DNA of 63,858 nt, the filler included, from Octopus bimaculoides (lineage: Eukaryota), in the NCBI RefSeq assembly GCF_001194135.2. It is 5 parts of 5 records of this genome, joined end to end, with 100 filler letters (N's around TTAATTAATTAA, not from the genome) between each part and the next. Parts side by side here need not be neighbours in the genome. Positions count along the whole stretch, not along the records: positions 1 to 26,199 come from NC_069005.1; positions 26,300 to 39,366 come from NC_068983.1; 3 more parts are not named here. One strand, written 5' to 3'. Positions 23,873 through 38,334 of the stretch are shown here, in pieces. The position numbers were made by a program, and so were the translations under genes. Under the pieces are notes generated by a model. It saw nothing but the letters and a program-made list of their open reading frames with translations. It did no database searches and was not told where the DNA came from. How positions within the stretch are numbered: position 1 is the first letter of the stretch; the number at the start of each line of letters is the position of its first letter.

Positions 23873-23915
<43 letters not shown>

Positions 23916-26243
23916 ATGCGTGCACGAGTGTGTGTTATATTCCGCCAACGTCGACTTTGCCTTTCATCCTTTCGGGGTAAATAAATTAAGTACCAGTAAA
24001 ACACTGGAATCCATGAAATCGACTACTCGTCTCCCCCAAAATTTCAGGCCTTCTGCTTATAGTATTATTTTTATTATTAAAGAGAGTTTCTCTTTTGCTG
24101 ATTCAAAAGTAATTAGTTTAAGTCAACTGCAATATGTTACCTGTCGACGCAAGACACAACACTGCAGTTTTATAAATTTGCTCCTTCCTATTTCGAATGT
24201 GTGAATGTGTACACACACATACTCAGAGACTGCTAAGATGATTCCACAACACCTAATAACCTAACGGTATATCTTTTCTTCCCCTCTGATGAGATTTTAC
24301 CTAATGATTTAATAATTGGCATTTTAATCTTTTAGGCTCAATTGAAACATCTGCAAGAGAATATGCTTGATTTTGCAGATAATAAATTNNNNNNNNNNNN
24401 NNNNNNNNNNNNNNNNNNNNNNNNNNNNNNNNNNNNNNNNNNNNNNNNNNNNNNNNNNNNNNNNNNNNNNNNNNNNNNNNNNNNNNNNTATATATATATA
24501 TATATCAACAGAGAGAGAGGAAGAGAGAAATGTTCATACATATAAACATACACACACACACACACACACATCACATATATATATTAAAATATCCATAAAG
24601 GAATTTAAACACCTGAACGCAGAAGGAGAACCTAATCAACTTAAACCTTTTAGAATTTTTTGAGAAAAAATAGACATAATGGAATTACTTATAATGGTAA
24701 TAATAATAATAAAAATAATAATAAATAAACTATTGTTTATTATCAATCAGTAAATTGAGAGCTTATCGATTACGTAAGATCCCTTGAACATTCGAATGTA
24801 GCAGATTATTGGTTTGGCATTTTTGTGTGTTTATTATTATTATTATAATCTTTTTTTTTTATTAAAAACAGTGTTGAAATACATAAAATAATCTCCTGAA
24901 AGTAAAACTAATCAATCGATACTAAAAAAATCAATGAACATATTTGTCTATTGATAAGTATTATGCAAAGTAAATGATAATAATAGGAGTAAGTAAGAAG
25001 GAAACTGCTGTGTCTGTTCTCCTCCATAATAAAACGTGGTACAAGAGACAAGCTTCTGACTTCGTAAAGCACGATCGTCGTCGACAAAGAGGAAAAAAAA
25101 ACGGTCATCAATGAATCTTTCACATGGAACAAACACCGTTAAATTTATTGTGGAACAATTTGTGGATTCGAAAAATCCAGCAGCGCTGACACGAAAACCA
25201 AATAATAATAATAATAATAATAATATTACTAATATATAATCTAATGGTTTTTGATTTTGGTACAAGGCCAAGTATTTTTTGAAATTTCTTTTAAGGAGAA
25301 TGGGGAAAATCAGACGATACCAAAAAACAAAAAAAACAAGTCCCAAGTATATAACTGGTACTTTTATTTTATCGACACCCCCACCCCTTCAAAAGGATGA
25401 AAGGCAAAGTTAACCTCGACTGGGATTTGAACTCAGAACGTAAAGAGGTAAAGAGCTAAAGAACTGGAACAAACATTGCCAGGCATTTTTTTTTTCTGAC
25501 GTTCAAACAATTCTTCCAACCTATCCACTCTAATTATAATATTTTTGTTCTTTTATTGGCCGAAGGGCTTCTTTATAATAAATAAATAATGCTTGGATTC
25601 TTTCCAGTGAGAAAAAGAGTTACCAGTAATAATAAGCCAGAATTAGGGGCTCGATTTCCTTGTGGTCCAGATCATATTATTTATTTTTCCTCAGATTCCA
25701 CGTTGTGATATCTCAGTAAATTCCTCCTCCCAACTCTTATGGCGTATTTAGAAAAAAGAAAGAAATTGCACCTCCACTTTCTCGTTCCAGTAGTCATTAC
25801 TTAAAACAGTTACACAAATTTACAAATCTATTATCCAAGCATTTATTTGGCTCCTTTTCAATCAATATATCGATATTCAAATAGCCATATTTCATACATG
25901 ACAGACAGATAGCCGAATCGCTTGGCTTTTGCCCGTCCTTCCCCTTCTAAACGCCATCAAAACAAACCGGCCTTTGCGCTGTTTATATCATATTTTTTCC
26001 GCCTTGCCGTTAAATGCATTTTTGCCTTCTTTTTTTTCCCCCGTCTCTTGAATTACATATTATAAGGAATTTATATCTGAAAAAAGAAATAGTCGTCTGA
26101 CAAGCAAATAGGTATACACTTACGGTGAATAAGTAACATTTTCCAAGGGTTTCCGAGCCGCTCTCCGTTCCTTAATAAAGAACCCAACGACTGTTGTTGN
26201 NNNNNNNNNNNNNNNNNNNNNNNNNNNNNNNNNNNNNNNNNNN

Positions 26244-26255
26244 TTAATTAATTAA
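26244..26255. other. Assembly spacer TTAATTAATTAA inside a 100-bp N block (also 39411, 60405, 62342)
   Basis: An identical 12-mer with stops in all six frames, flanked by ~44 N on each side, occurs four times. Confidence 0.9.
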
Positions 26256-26388
26256 NNNNNNNNNNNNNNNNNNNNNNNNNNNNNNNNNNNNNNNNNNNNA
26301 GAGAGAAAAGACGTCAGAATTTTGGAAAAAATCTTTATATATATATTAATATATATATATATACATATATATATATAGTCTTATTCTG

Positions 26389-26421
<33 letters not shown>

Positions 26422-26468
26422 TGCATTCATGTATATATATGGGGACAGAGAGAGAGAGAGAGAAAGAA

Positions 26469-26503
<35 letters not shown>

Positions 26504-28711
26504 ATGAGAGAGATGACGGATTTGTGTAGCTCCAGTTCAGCTCTAATTGAAAATACATATATAGCACAAAGTTGGACCGAAGGTCTAGACACATTGCATA
26601 GATTCATAGTTACGTAACTCTAGAAGTGGCATGTCTCTGTCCACTCGAGGATTGCACTAGACATCTTGATGACATGCAGTAGTTGATTGGATGTAATGCT
26701 GTGTTGCAATATGGCTATGCTGTGTTCAGAGAGGTTTAACACAGGAAACTACGCTAACATTATGTAGCATGTAAAGATGGAATGTCGCCTCTATGTATTA
26801 CTACAAGAAACTGAGAAACAACCTAAATATACAGCATGGAAATAGATTTAAACAGAATGATGGGATTGCAAAACAGAAATGATTCCCATGATGGGTGCAC
26901 TGGGAATAATAAACAGAGTCGCAAACAAATATATAACCAGTGCATTGGGAATGATACATGGAGATGCAAATAAATACATAACCAAAGCGTCAAGTTTATA
27001 CGCATATACACAAACACGCACGCACACACACAGTTACGCATGTACACTTACACAAACATGCACATAGATTCACACACGTACAGTAGACTGAAAATAGCAA
27101 CACAAAATACTGCGCATATATTACGTAGCGTATATTAATGAAATATATATATAAAAAAAAACAAAAAACAAAAGCGTCGCATATACAACAGGCAAACGGA
27201 GCCACTCTCAGTGGAAAAGCAATGAAAAAAAAAAAAAAAACTAAACAAAATAAAAGCAAAGATTAAACAAAAACATCAATAGAACGATAAAAATAATAGT
27301 ATTTGTTCCGTTTGGCTTGAAATTTGTGGGGAGATGACTAATCGATTATATCGATCCCTGAACTTGATTGGTACTGTATTTGATTGATCACCGAAAAAAA
27401 AAAATGCATAGGCGCAGGAGTGGCTGTGTGGTAAGTAGCTCGTTTACCAGCCACATGGTTCAGGGTTTAGCCCCACTGTGTGGTATCTTGGGCAAGTGCC
27501 TTCTACTATAGCCTCGGGCCGACCAAAGCCTTNNNNNNNNNNNNNNNNNNNNNNNNNNNNNNNNNNNNNNNNNNNNNNNNNNNNNNNNNNNNNNNNNNNN
27601 NNNNNNNNNNNNNNNNNNNNNNNNNNNNNNNNNNNNNNNNNNNNNNNNNNNNNNNNNNNNNNNNNNNNNNNNNNNNNNNNNNNNNNNNNNNNNNNNNNNN
27701 NNNNNNNNNNNNNNNNNNNNNNNNNNNNNNNNNNNNNNNNNNNNNNNNNNNNNNNNNNNNNNNNNNNNNNNNNNNNNNNNNNNNNNNNNNNNNNNNNNNN
27801 NNNNNNNNNNNNNNNNNNNNNNNNNNNNNNNNNNNNNNNNNNNNNNNNNNNNNNNNNNNNNNNNNNNNNNNNNNNNNNNNNNNNNNNNNNNNNNNNNNNN
27901 NNNNNNNNNNNNNNNNNNNNNNNNNNNNNNNNNNNNNNNNNNNNNNNNNNNNNNNNNNNNNNNNNNNNNNNNNNNNNNNNNNNNNNNNNNNNNNNNNNNN
28001 NNNNNNNNNNNNNNNNNNNNNNNNNNNNNNNNNNNNNNNNNNNNNNNNNNNNNNNNNNNNNNNNNNNNNNNNNNNNNNNNNNNNNNNNNNNNNNNNNNNN
28101 NNNNNNNNNNNNNNNNNNNNNNNNNNNNNNNNNNNNNNNNNNNNNNNNNNNNNNNNNNNNNNNNNNNNNNNNNNNNNNNNNNNNNNNNNNNNNNNNNNNN
28201 NNNNNNNNNNNNNNNNNNNNNNNNNNNNNNNNNNNNNNNNNNNNNNNNNNNNNNNNNNNNNNNNNNNNNNNNNNNNNNNNNNNNNNNNNNNNNNNNNNNN
28301 NNNNNNNNNNNNNNNNNNNNNNNNNNNNNNNNNNNNNNNNNGGTAGCTGATGAAGTAGAATGTTCTCTATGTGGCTTGTGTGTTTTCTCGTCTCTGTTTT
28401 GTTTGCAATGTCCTGTACCCAGATATGCACCTATACATACAGGTGGATGTCGGTATGCACACACCTGTACGTATATATGCATATACTCATTTACTATTTG
28501 TTTATATATATATACACATACATACATACATACATACATACATTTAGTGCTCTTACAATCACAGAACACTATATACCTCTACATGTAGCTTACTACAGCA
28601 AATTCATAACCTTCCTATGATTGGCGTGATAGCTTCGCTAATTTGAGTGACAAAAGATTTTAGAATTTACAGACTATTATGGTTTTATACCATTAATACC
28701 ACATGGATTGG

Positions 28712-28955
28712 AGGCGGCCTAGTGGTTAGGGTAGCGGACTCGCGGTCATAGGATCGTGGTTTCGATTCCCAGACCGGGTGTTGTCAGTGTTTATTGAACG
28801 AAAACACCTAAAGCTCCACGAGGCTCCGACAGGGGATGGTGGCGAGCCCTGCTGTACTCTTTCACCACAGCTTTCTCTCACTCTTACCTCTTGTTTCTGT
28901 TGTGCCTGTAATTCAAAGGGCCAGCCTTGTCATTCTGTGTCACGCTGAATATCCC
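28712..28955 (+). mobile_element. SINE family C (tRNA head), 3'-truncated
   Basis: ggcctagtggttaggg...gtttcgattccc head. The body is a near reverse complement of 45420-45610. Confidence 0.8.
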
Positions 28956-29054
28956 GAATTTTCATAATAAACCCACTTGTAGATTGTTAAACTCAGCAAG
29001 GTCTGAAATCGGGTTAGTAGCTAAAAGAACAATGCAAAGAAACATTAATATCAA

Positions 29055-29280
29055 AGGCGGCGAGCTGGCAGAAAAGTCAGCATGCCGGGCAAAATGCTTA
29101 GCGGTATTTCGTCTACCGCTACGTTCTGAGTTCAAATTCCACCGAGGTCGACTTTGCTTTTCATCCTTCGGGGTCGATAAATTAAGTACCAGTTACGCAC
29201 TGGGGTCGATGTAATCGACTTAATCTCTTTGTCTTTGTTTGTCCCCTCTATGTTTAGCCCCTTGTGGACAGTAAAGAAAT
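29055..29280 (+). mobile_element. SINE family B
   Basis: aggcggcgagctggcagaa...gttcaaattcc..gaggtcgactttgc.tttcatcc...gataaattaagtaccag. Many copies occur in the window. Confidence 0.85.
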
Positions 29281-29709
29281 ATTAAAATTAGAGAAACAAC
29301 AAGGCTTCAACAATGGAATAATAGTTTTATTATAATAGATAACTGTATCACAGACTCTAAGCTGCTATCGTTTTAGCCTTATGATTTACGATCTAAGGGG
29401 AAATAACTCTAATTCCTCACTTTGGCTTGTTTGATTTCTTCTTCACTTTCCGGTTTTTCAACCTTCTATCTCTTTATATACTTCTTTCACGGCTTTTCTC
29501 TCTTTTTCTCTCATCCTATCGTCCTATTTTTATGTGGGCAGTGTCTGATGATTATGCTAAGATGCCAGACGTGTTTCAGCGCACTTTGGCATGCTCTCAG
29601 CACATGAAACTAATAGTAGCACATAAATGCATATATTGTATTTATCAAATATTTATCTCTCACCAGATGGAGTACTTTTTAGCTGATCTTATCATCACGG
29701 AACACAATA

Positions 29710-29746
<37 letters not shown>

Positions 29747-30356
29747 TATTAGATGTGTATTTGTATATATGTATGTAAACCCACATACACATATATAACA
29801 TTAAAATGACAATGGAAGTATAGCATTACGTTTCTTCTATTGTCTATTGGCCATATAATATATCGTCTGCTTTAAACATTCGTCGCAAGGTACAGTATAT
29901 CATCTGCTATTTGCATGTCGCTTGCACTTTCATTTGTTCGTGTCAAATACCGTTTCGCCAGGGCTTCACATTTGGCCATTTGATGTAGTCTTTCTTCGGC
30001 TCATTACATTTGGTCTCAATATACTCTAAAATAAATATTGTGCTTCTTTCTCTCGTTGTTCACTCTTTATGTATGATACAATATGTCGTCTACTAAATGT
30101 ATGTCTGCTGCAGTACTGTGTTTCTCCTTACCATCTCCCTTGTTCTTCATTTTATGAGAACTTTCATCTGTTATGGCTCATCTCTCCCCACTCTCTTTCT
30201 CACTCTCTCACCCTCTCTATCTCTCCCTCTTATACACACAAACATAGTATCTCTCCTTTCTTCATAGGCTCATATATTTCATTATGTCCCTTGTTTTCTT
30301 TGTACCTACATTGCTTACTCCTTCCCTACAACCATCTCTCCACTTTTTCGGTTTAA

Positions 30357-30406
<50 letters not shown>

Positions 30407-31504
30407 GCACTCACACAAACATACACACACACAAGCACTCACACAAACATGCTCACACACGCATAAACACACACACACAAATACGTACACATACACACAT
30501 GCGCAAATACACAGAAACATACTCTCCTGCACACACTCGAATCCTCCATATTTCCACACACATGCATACACATCATGCAAACATACACACACACACATAC
30601 ATTCACACATAGTCACTCGTACACACATTCAAGCATACACTCAAATATACTCACTCACATACACACACACACACTCACATACATGCACCTACACGCACAC
30701 ACACAGACACCTACATGTATAAACATTCAGTCACTCTTACACACGCACACACACTTCACACACACACACATACACACACACACACACACACATACACACA
30801 CACTCCAAGACATTCAAACATACATTCACATGCACGCAGCCACTCACGCACACACATTTTCACACACACACACACACACTTACACACACACTTACACACA
30901 CACACACACGCGTACGTGTACGCTGTTGCGCTTTCACACTCACGCAAAATCCAAGAGATATTCACCCNNNNNNNNNNNNNNNNNNNNNNNNNNNNNNNNN
31001 NNNNNNNNNNNNNNNNNNNNNNNNNNNNNNNNNNNNNNNNNNNNNNNNNNNNNNNNNNNNNNNNNNNNNNNNNNNNNNNNNNNNNNNNNNNNNNNNNNNN
31101 NNNNNNNNNNNNNNNNNNNNNNNNNNNNNNNNNNNNNNNNNNNNNNNNNNNNNNNNNNNNNNNNNNNNNNNNNNNNNNNNNNNNNNNNNNNNNNNNNNNN
31201 NNNNNNNNNNNNNNNNNNNNNNNNNNNNNNNNNNNNNNNNNNNNNNNNNNNNNNNNNNNNNNNNNNNNNNNNNNNNNNNNNNNNNNNNNNNNNNNNNNNN
31301 NNNNNNNNNNNNNNNNNNNNNNNNNNNNNNNNNNNNNNNNNNNNNNNNNNNNNNNNNNNNNNNNNNNNNNNNNNNNNNNNNNNNNNNNNNNNNNNNNNNN
31401 NNNNNNNNNNNNNNNNNNNNNNNNNNNNNNNNNNNNNNNNNNNNNNNNATATATATTCTGTATATATATGTATGTATGTATACATACATATATACATATA
31501 TGAA

Positions 31505-31575
<71 letters not shown>

Positions 31576-31823
31576 TTACAAATATATAATCATGTATGTT
31601 GGTGTGTTTATATATATGGTATTATATATATTTATATATATGCATATATTGTATATATACATGTATAGATATCTGTAGCTATGTATACATTCATAAATGC
31701 GCACGCACACACGCACATGTGCATATATATATATGGGCGTATATGTGTCTGTGTGAGTATGAGATAAGTATGAAAATCTATCTATCTATCTATCTGTGTA
31801 TATATGCGTTTATATGCATGTAT

Positions 31824-31867
<44 letters not shown>

Positions 31868-32316
31868 TTGTAAGCATATATATATTTGTATCTGTAGTGT
31901 GTGTATGTGTATGCATGTGTGTGTGCTCGTTTATCTCTGCACCAGTTGTCCTTAAAACAACAAAGATTTCGGAGGAAAGTGTATTAATTCTAAACAAATA
32001 CATGGAATTACTAAGGAACTTAAACGGATTTCAATATGGCCGGTATTATGTATATATTTGCATTGTGTAACATTTTCTGGTTTCTTAAACTTTGTACTAT
32101 ATTTAGACAAATGAAGAAGTTCGACATTTTCTCATAATTATTATAAATTTTCCAACTTTATACGTGCAGGCATAGCTGAGTGGTACGGCGTTTGCTTCCC
32201 AACCACACATTCCTTCATGTTCAGTTCCACTGCGTGGTACCTCTTCTACTGTAGCCCCGGGTCGACAAAAAACTTATGAGTGGTGTTTGTAGAGGGGAAA
32301 CTGAAAGAAGCCTGTC

Positions 32317-32350
<34 letters not shown>

Positions 32351-32509
32351 AGAATTCACAAGAAAAGACGAAGACAGGTGGTGTAGAAAACAAACAGATG
32401 TATTAGTATAACGCTCGGGAATCGAAAAAGTCTTTAACGTTTCGAGCCTACGCTTTCCACAGAAAGGAACACAGAAAGAAACAAGGAGAGAAACAAGGAG
32501 AGAGAAAAA

Positions 32510-33364
32510 AAGCGGTGAATAAACTCTCGTCTAAATTACGCAAAAATGAAAATAATACTGACATCTCATTTTAACAAATATATTTACCAAAGTTACATAA
32601 AAATATCTTGAAGTACTAAAGAGTAAATTTATTCAATAGAATCGCTATTGGCTTCAACCACGGTCTCCAGACGACTTCGGAATTTCATGCAACTCTTCTG
32701 GACAGTCTCCCTGTTTAAGTGAATGCTGCCATAATCCTTGCCTTCAGTTCATCATTCGTGTTACAATGAGTTTTGTTGGTTTCTCGCTCAACTGCACCCC
32801 ACACATAATAATCAACGGGGTTGCAGTCTGGGGAGTTAGGTTGTCAGATGTTAGGGGTGATGTGGTCGCAGAAATTGTCTGACAGCCATAACTGGGTTCT
32901 CATACCTGTATGGCATGGTGCAGAGTCCTGTTGCCAGACATAGGGTCTTCTAGCTGCCACCCTTTTGACCCTCTGCACTGCCTCCGCCAGGCACTTGATG
33001 TAGGTCTCTGTATTGAGTCTGAGGCCGAGTGGGAAAATGAATGGAGGCATAACGTCGCCATCACTAGTGGTCACTTCACCCATCATGATGCATTGGATGT
33101 TTAATTTTTATCACTCTCGGTACATGCCCTCAGATTGCACTGTCCTCAAATTGACACCGAAGTACTCTGAAAGGTTCCTATTGGGGCTTCCGGCGCGAAT
33201 GCGAAACAGTACAGCATGTCGTTTTCAAATTTCTGGCAGAGTGAATTGCGTCATGGTGCTGATTTCCTGACCCTACTCTACTGTGTAGTCAAAAAATCAA
33301 AAGCAAAAATGAGCATGATGAAATCACAAATATAAAATGGTGACAATTTACCCATCACACCCTG
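32510..33364 (-). mobile_element. Internally deleted maT (DD37D) Tc1/mariner element
   Basis: TIR CAGGGTGTGATGGGTAAATTGTCACC at 33364. Catalytic region QQDSAPCHT...(W)QPNSPDCNPVDYYVWGAVE with 37 residues between the second and third D, and several stops. The left end is approximate. Confidence 0.85.
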
Positions 33365-33365
33365 C

Positions 33366-33415
<50 letters not shown>

Positions 33416-34052
33416 GCATATATGCATGTGTATGTGTGTGTATCTGGATCCACACCTCTTGATAACTGCTTGGTTTGTTTACATTCCTGTAAACTAGCAG
33501 CTCGGCAAATGGAATTGATAGACTAAATACCACACTTGGAAAGAAAAAATGTGTACTGGAGTCGGTTTGTTCGACTAAAACCCTTCAAGTCTGTGTTGCA
33601 GCATGGCCGCATTCCAATGGCGGAAGCAAGTAAAAGATAACGATAACACAGCTAATTAATCATTGAGCATATTGTAGATAATATGTCTCATATTTAGGCG
33701 AATTAAAACATGAAGATGATAAATACCAATGTTGAATACGTAAGGTAAATATATGTGTATTTACTTTTTCTTCATGTATGTATTACTGGCGGTGTCCCAA
33801 CATGGCCACAGCCTTCAGGCTGCAACACGTAAAAGAATAAAAATATATGCGGATTCCATTTTTTACGTTTATAATTCCTTCGTATAAACACTTGGTGTAG
33901 CCCCCATCAGCAACCTTATTATTTGTGGAGCACTCTCATTGAATAAATAAATAAATGCCAAGACTAAACGAATTAAGATGTGATGGTGTTGCTAATTTTT
34001 GTTAAGCTATGTATGTGTGTGTATGTATGCATGCATATACATACATACATAC

Positions 34053-34083
<31 letters not shown>

Positions 34084-34290
34084 CATAGTGCATAGATACA
34101 TGTGTGCAAACATACATACATGCATACATACATATATATGCGTGTGTTTGCATATATGAATACATATACTTACATGTGTGTGTGTGTATATATACATATA
34201 ATATATATATATGTATGTGTGAATGTGTGTGTATGTGTGTATGCATATATGAATGCATATTCATATATATATATGTGTATATATACATAT

Positions 34291-34451
34291 GCATACAGGA
34301 ATGGCTGTGTGGTAAGTAGCTTGCTTACCAACCATATGGTTCCGGGTTCAATCCCACTGCGTGGCACATTGGGCAAGTGTTTTCTAGTATAGCCTTGGGC
34401 TGACCAAAGCCTTTTGAGTGGATTTGGTTGACGGAAACAGAAAGAAGCCCG

Positions 34452-34487
<36 letters not shown>

Positions 34488-34698
34488 GTTTGTGTGTCTG
34501 TCTGTCCCTCACCATGGTTTGACAACCGGTGTTGGTGCGTTTACGTCCCCGTAACTTAGCTGTTCAGCAAAAGAGGTCGATAGTATAAGTACTAGGTTTA
34601 CAAAGAATAAATTCTGGGATCGATTTGTTCGACAAAAGGCGCTGCTCCAGCATGGCCGCAGTGACATGACTTAAATAATAAAAGAATAAAAGAAAAGA
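34291..34698 (+). mobile_element. SINE family A, near full length
   Basis: Colinear with 8808-9203, with CpGs retained. Confidence 0.85.
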
Positions 34699-34746
<48 letters not shown>

Positions 34747-34752
34747 ATATAT

Positions 34753-34787
<35 letters not shown>

Positions 34788-34995
34788 GAGAAAGAAACAT
34801 TTCCAATGCTAACGGATATATTATACTATAATATTGATGCACCATCTGGCGATTGCCAATCCGGTAACAAAATTGAAGTAGTGCAAATATAGTCAACTTT
34901 ACCAACAATATAAATATTTATTCTACTTGGCATATTGTGTAGTTTTATGTGTCATTAACATTTGCTTTAATCATAATAGTATTTTCAGACTCTCA

Positions 34996-35212
34996 AGGCG
35001 GCGAGCTGTGCAGAAACGTTAGCACGCCGGGCGAAATGCTTAGCAGTATTTCGTCTGTCTTTACGTTCCGAGTTCAAATTCCGCCGAAGGCGACTTTGCC
35101 TTTCATCCTTTCGTGGTTGATAAATGAAGTACCAGTTGCGTACTGGGGGTCGATCTAATCTACAGGCCCCCTCCCCCAAAATTTCGGCCCTTATGCCTAG
35201 AGTAGAAAAGAA
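34996..35212 (+). mobile_element. SINE family B
   Basis: Colinear with 29055-29280. Confidence 0.85.
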
Positions 35213-35892
35213 TTCCTCCCTCCATCCCTCCCTTCCTCTCTTCCCCCTCCATCCATCCATCTATCCATCCATCCATCCATTAGTACAGCAAAGACAAAGA
35301 AAAGAATATTAAATATAAAATAATTTTGAATTTTGATTTATTGAAATTATCTCCGTTTCGAGAGAAAGTAAACAAATACCTGGTGGAAACTGTGACCGTT
35401 TCCGCACGGAAAGAGGAGATAATCTTCGGAACTAACATAGAATTAAAGAAAGACAATCTTTTTTTTTTTTTCCTTTCTGGCGATAAGAGGACTATTGTGG
35501 ACACGTGTTTCTACCTCAACCAGCGTCACTTGTATAGGAGTTTTTCAACTTGAGGCAACAGATATAAGAATTAAATATATTCAATTAGAGCAGAGAACAC
35601 ACACACATGTATGTATATATGTGTGTGTGTTTGTGTATCGGCAAACCACGCATGTAACAACAAAAGAAGTTGACTTCAATATCGTTGGAAATACTAATGC
35701 TAAATTTATGAAACGATACAGGCAAGGAACATTTATATTTAAAACTCTGAGTTTCTCGACAGTGGTTTATTCGATTTTAGCAATCGTTCGTCAGTTGTTC
35801 CAAGCACATTTAGTAGAAGAGAAAACATTGTCGGTGTGGGTGTGCGTGTATAGGTGAAACGATACTAGTTGACATACACTGCCACGACAACA

Positions 35893-36134
35893 AGGCGAGG
35901 CTGTGTTGTTTAAGAAGTTTGCTTCCCAGCCATGTGGTTGTGAAATCAGTCCCACTGTACGGCCTCTTTGGGCAAGTATCTTCTACTATAGCCTCGGACC
36001 GGCTAACGCCTTGTGATGGAATGTGGTAGACGGAAACTGAAAGAAACCTGTAACCTGTGGTGTGTGAGTGTGTGTGTATACATACATGCATATATATGTA
36101 TATGTATGTGTATATATATATATATGTGTGTGTG

Positions 36135-36217
<83 letters not shown>

Positions 36218-36445
36218 GTGCTGTGTTTGTCCTTCACCACCACTTGACAACCGGTAGTGGGTTTGTTTACGTCCCCGTAACAGCGGTTTCACAAAAGAAA
36301 CCTGTAAAATAATTACAAAAAAACAAAAACAAAACAAACTAAGATAAGTATGGATGGCGATCGATCTGTTTGCCTAAATCCTTCAAGGCCGTACCCCAGT
36401 ATGGCCGCAGTCCAATAACTGGAACAAATAAATAATAAAAGGTAA
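35893..36445 (+). mobile_element. SINE family A with expanded internal (TA/TG)n
   Basis: Head, core and 3' hairpin/tail are present around the microsatellite. Confidence 0.8.
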
Positions 36446-36925
36446 AAAGACAAACAACAGCAGCACCCCACCTCCAAGACAAAGCAAAAAGCAAAAGACA
36501 ACAACAAAACAAAACACAAAACAAAACAAAAACAATCTACTTTTAGAGTAAGGACAATTCACGTCCGGAAATCTGGTATAATGTTTGTAAGGTATTTAGT
36601 TTCATGCAAAAGATGATTTCTTTTTCGGTGCAACGAACAAATTTCTCAAGTTACATGTTCTAATAGCAAATCCACTTGGTTAGGTACAAATGTTCTAAAT
36701 CTAAACAAAAACGCCACATTCTTTTACACTGACTTTATTCACATCAGTAAGTTTTAGTTAAATAGACATTATTAAACAAAACTGTCAAGACGAAGCCTGT
36801 CTAATGAGTGCTTCTAATAGAATTTACTACTAGATTATATATGCTTACACACCCACATGTGTGCATATGTATGTATGTATTTATGTACGTGTGTACGTAC
36901 ATATGTACATATGTTTGCATATATA

Positions 36926-36967
<42 letters not shown>

Positions 36968-37021
36968 TGTATATATATGTATATATGTATGTGTATATAT
37001 GTATATGTATATGTATGTATG

Positions 37022-37060
<39 letters not shown>

Positions 37061-37539
37061 CTGTCTTTCCCTGTTTTGTACATACATAAACACATTCATA
37101 TAAACATATGTGTATATAGGGGTATGTTTGTGTGTGTTTGTGCATGTGTGTGCTTGAGAGGGAGGGAAAGAGAGATAGATAGATAGATAGAGATAGAGAG
37201 ATAGATAGATAGAGAGAGTGAGTGAGAAACAGAAAGAGAGAGCGAGAGAGGGGAGGGGCTGTGTGCATGAGTTTCGCGAATATCATTGAGTACGAAATTG
37301 GTTTCCGATATTTAGGACACGGTATTTCTAACAAGGTAATGCGAATGCGTAGTTATTGAAAAAGAAGTAAAGGCAACAAGAAACAATAGAAAAAATATGG
37401 ACGATATATATTCTACATGCTTGTGTATATATACATATATATGCATGTGTATGTTGGTGTATGTAATATGTATACATGTGTGTGTGTGGGTGTGACAACC
37501 GCACGATTCTCTGAACCTATATTTTATACAACTCTTTTA

Positions 37540-37623
<84 letters not shown>

Positions 37624-38334
37624 CAGACACACGCATATATATCGTTAATGTGTTTGGTTACCAGCATTTGCCTGACCTGAAGCAGATTTGGACTAGAGAG
37701 GACATATCATTGAGAGAGGGCATACCATTGCTTGACGAACAATAAATCAAACTATCAGTTAATTGGTTAAATGGCTAAGAAGTTGACTAATAATAATAAA
37801 AGCAGTGAAATAGAAGCAATGCGTGTATTCATGATTGACATAATGTCTCTCCTGGGATACAACAATATGTATATATGTATATATATTCATTAGATTCATT
37901 AGTCCGGGATGCCTTTGGCTGGCAAGGCACAATGATATCGAAACACCGGCTATCCCGTATTCTCTTGAACTAATGAATCGAGTGTGGTTATGAACACGTC
38001 GTCGTAAAAAAGAAGCTGGTTTCTTGTGACGAAACTCAACAATGATCGAGACTGTAAATGTTTGAAAAATCTTAAAAAAAGAATGATAAAACTTGTACAT
38101 CGTCGTATATTAAACGAAACAGACATAAAAGAAAATCTACTTCGCATATATACGATATAACAGCTAAAAACAAAAACTGTATCACGGAATTGTGGAGAGA
38201 ACTGATCGAACAGCAGAGTATCAACTGAAGAGATCGGAATATTTTTAATGACAATTATAATTTTCCTTTTTGGTGTTACATTGCTAAACTGCTGCCTAAT
38301 TTAATTATATATATATAAATCTTGGAAATCTTGA

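Noticed and set aside
24948-25346. 132-aa ORF with a non-repetitive middle (RVSAAGFFESTNCSTINL...)
   Set aside because: It spans an (ATT)n microsatellite and a SINE edge, has no recognisable motif and no consistent splice pair.
26200-26299. Recurrent TTAATTAATTAA palindrome (four times) as a biological motif
   Set aside because: It is always embedded in a fixed ~100-bp N block, so it is a scaffolding spacer with six-frame stops.
28712-28790. tRNA gene
   Set aside because: The A/B boxes continue directly into a SINE body and the cloverleaf is not maintained. The same applies to the heads of families A and B.
30353-31678. Long His/Thr-rich or Cys/Val-rich ORFs, and the many [12 protein letters not shown] ORFs elsewhere
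   Set aside because: These are translations of (CA)n, (TA)n and (GA)n microsatellites and N gaps.
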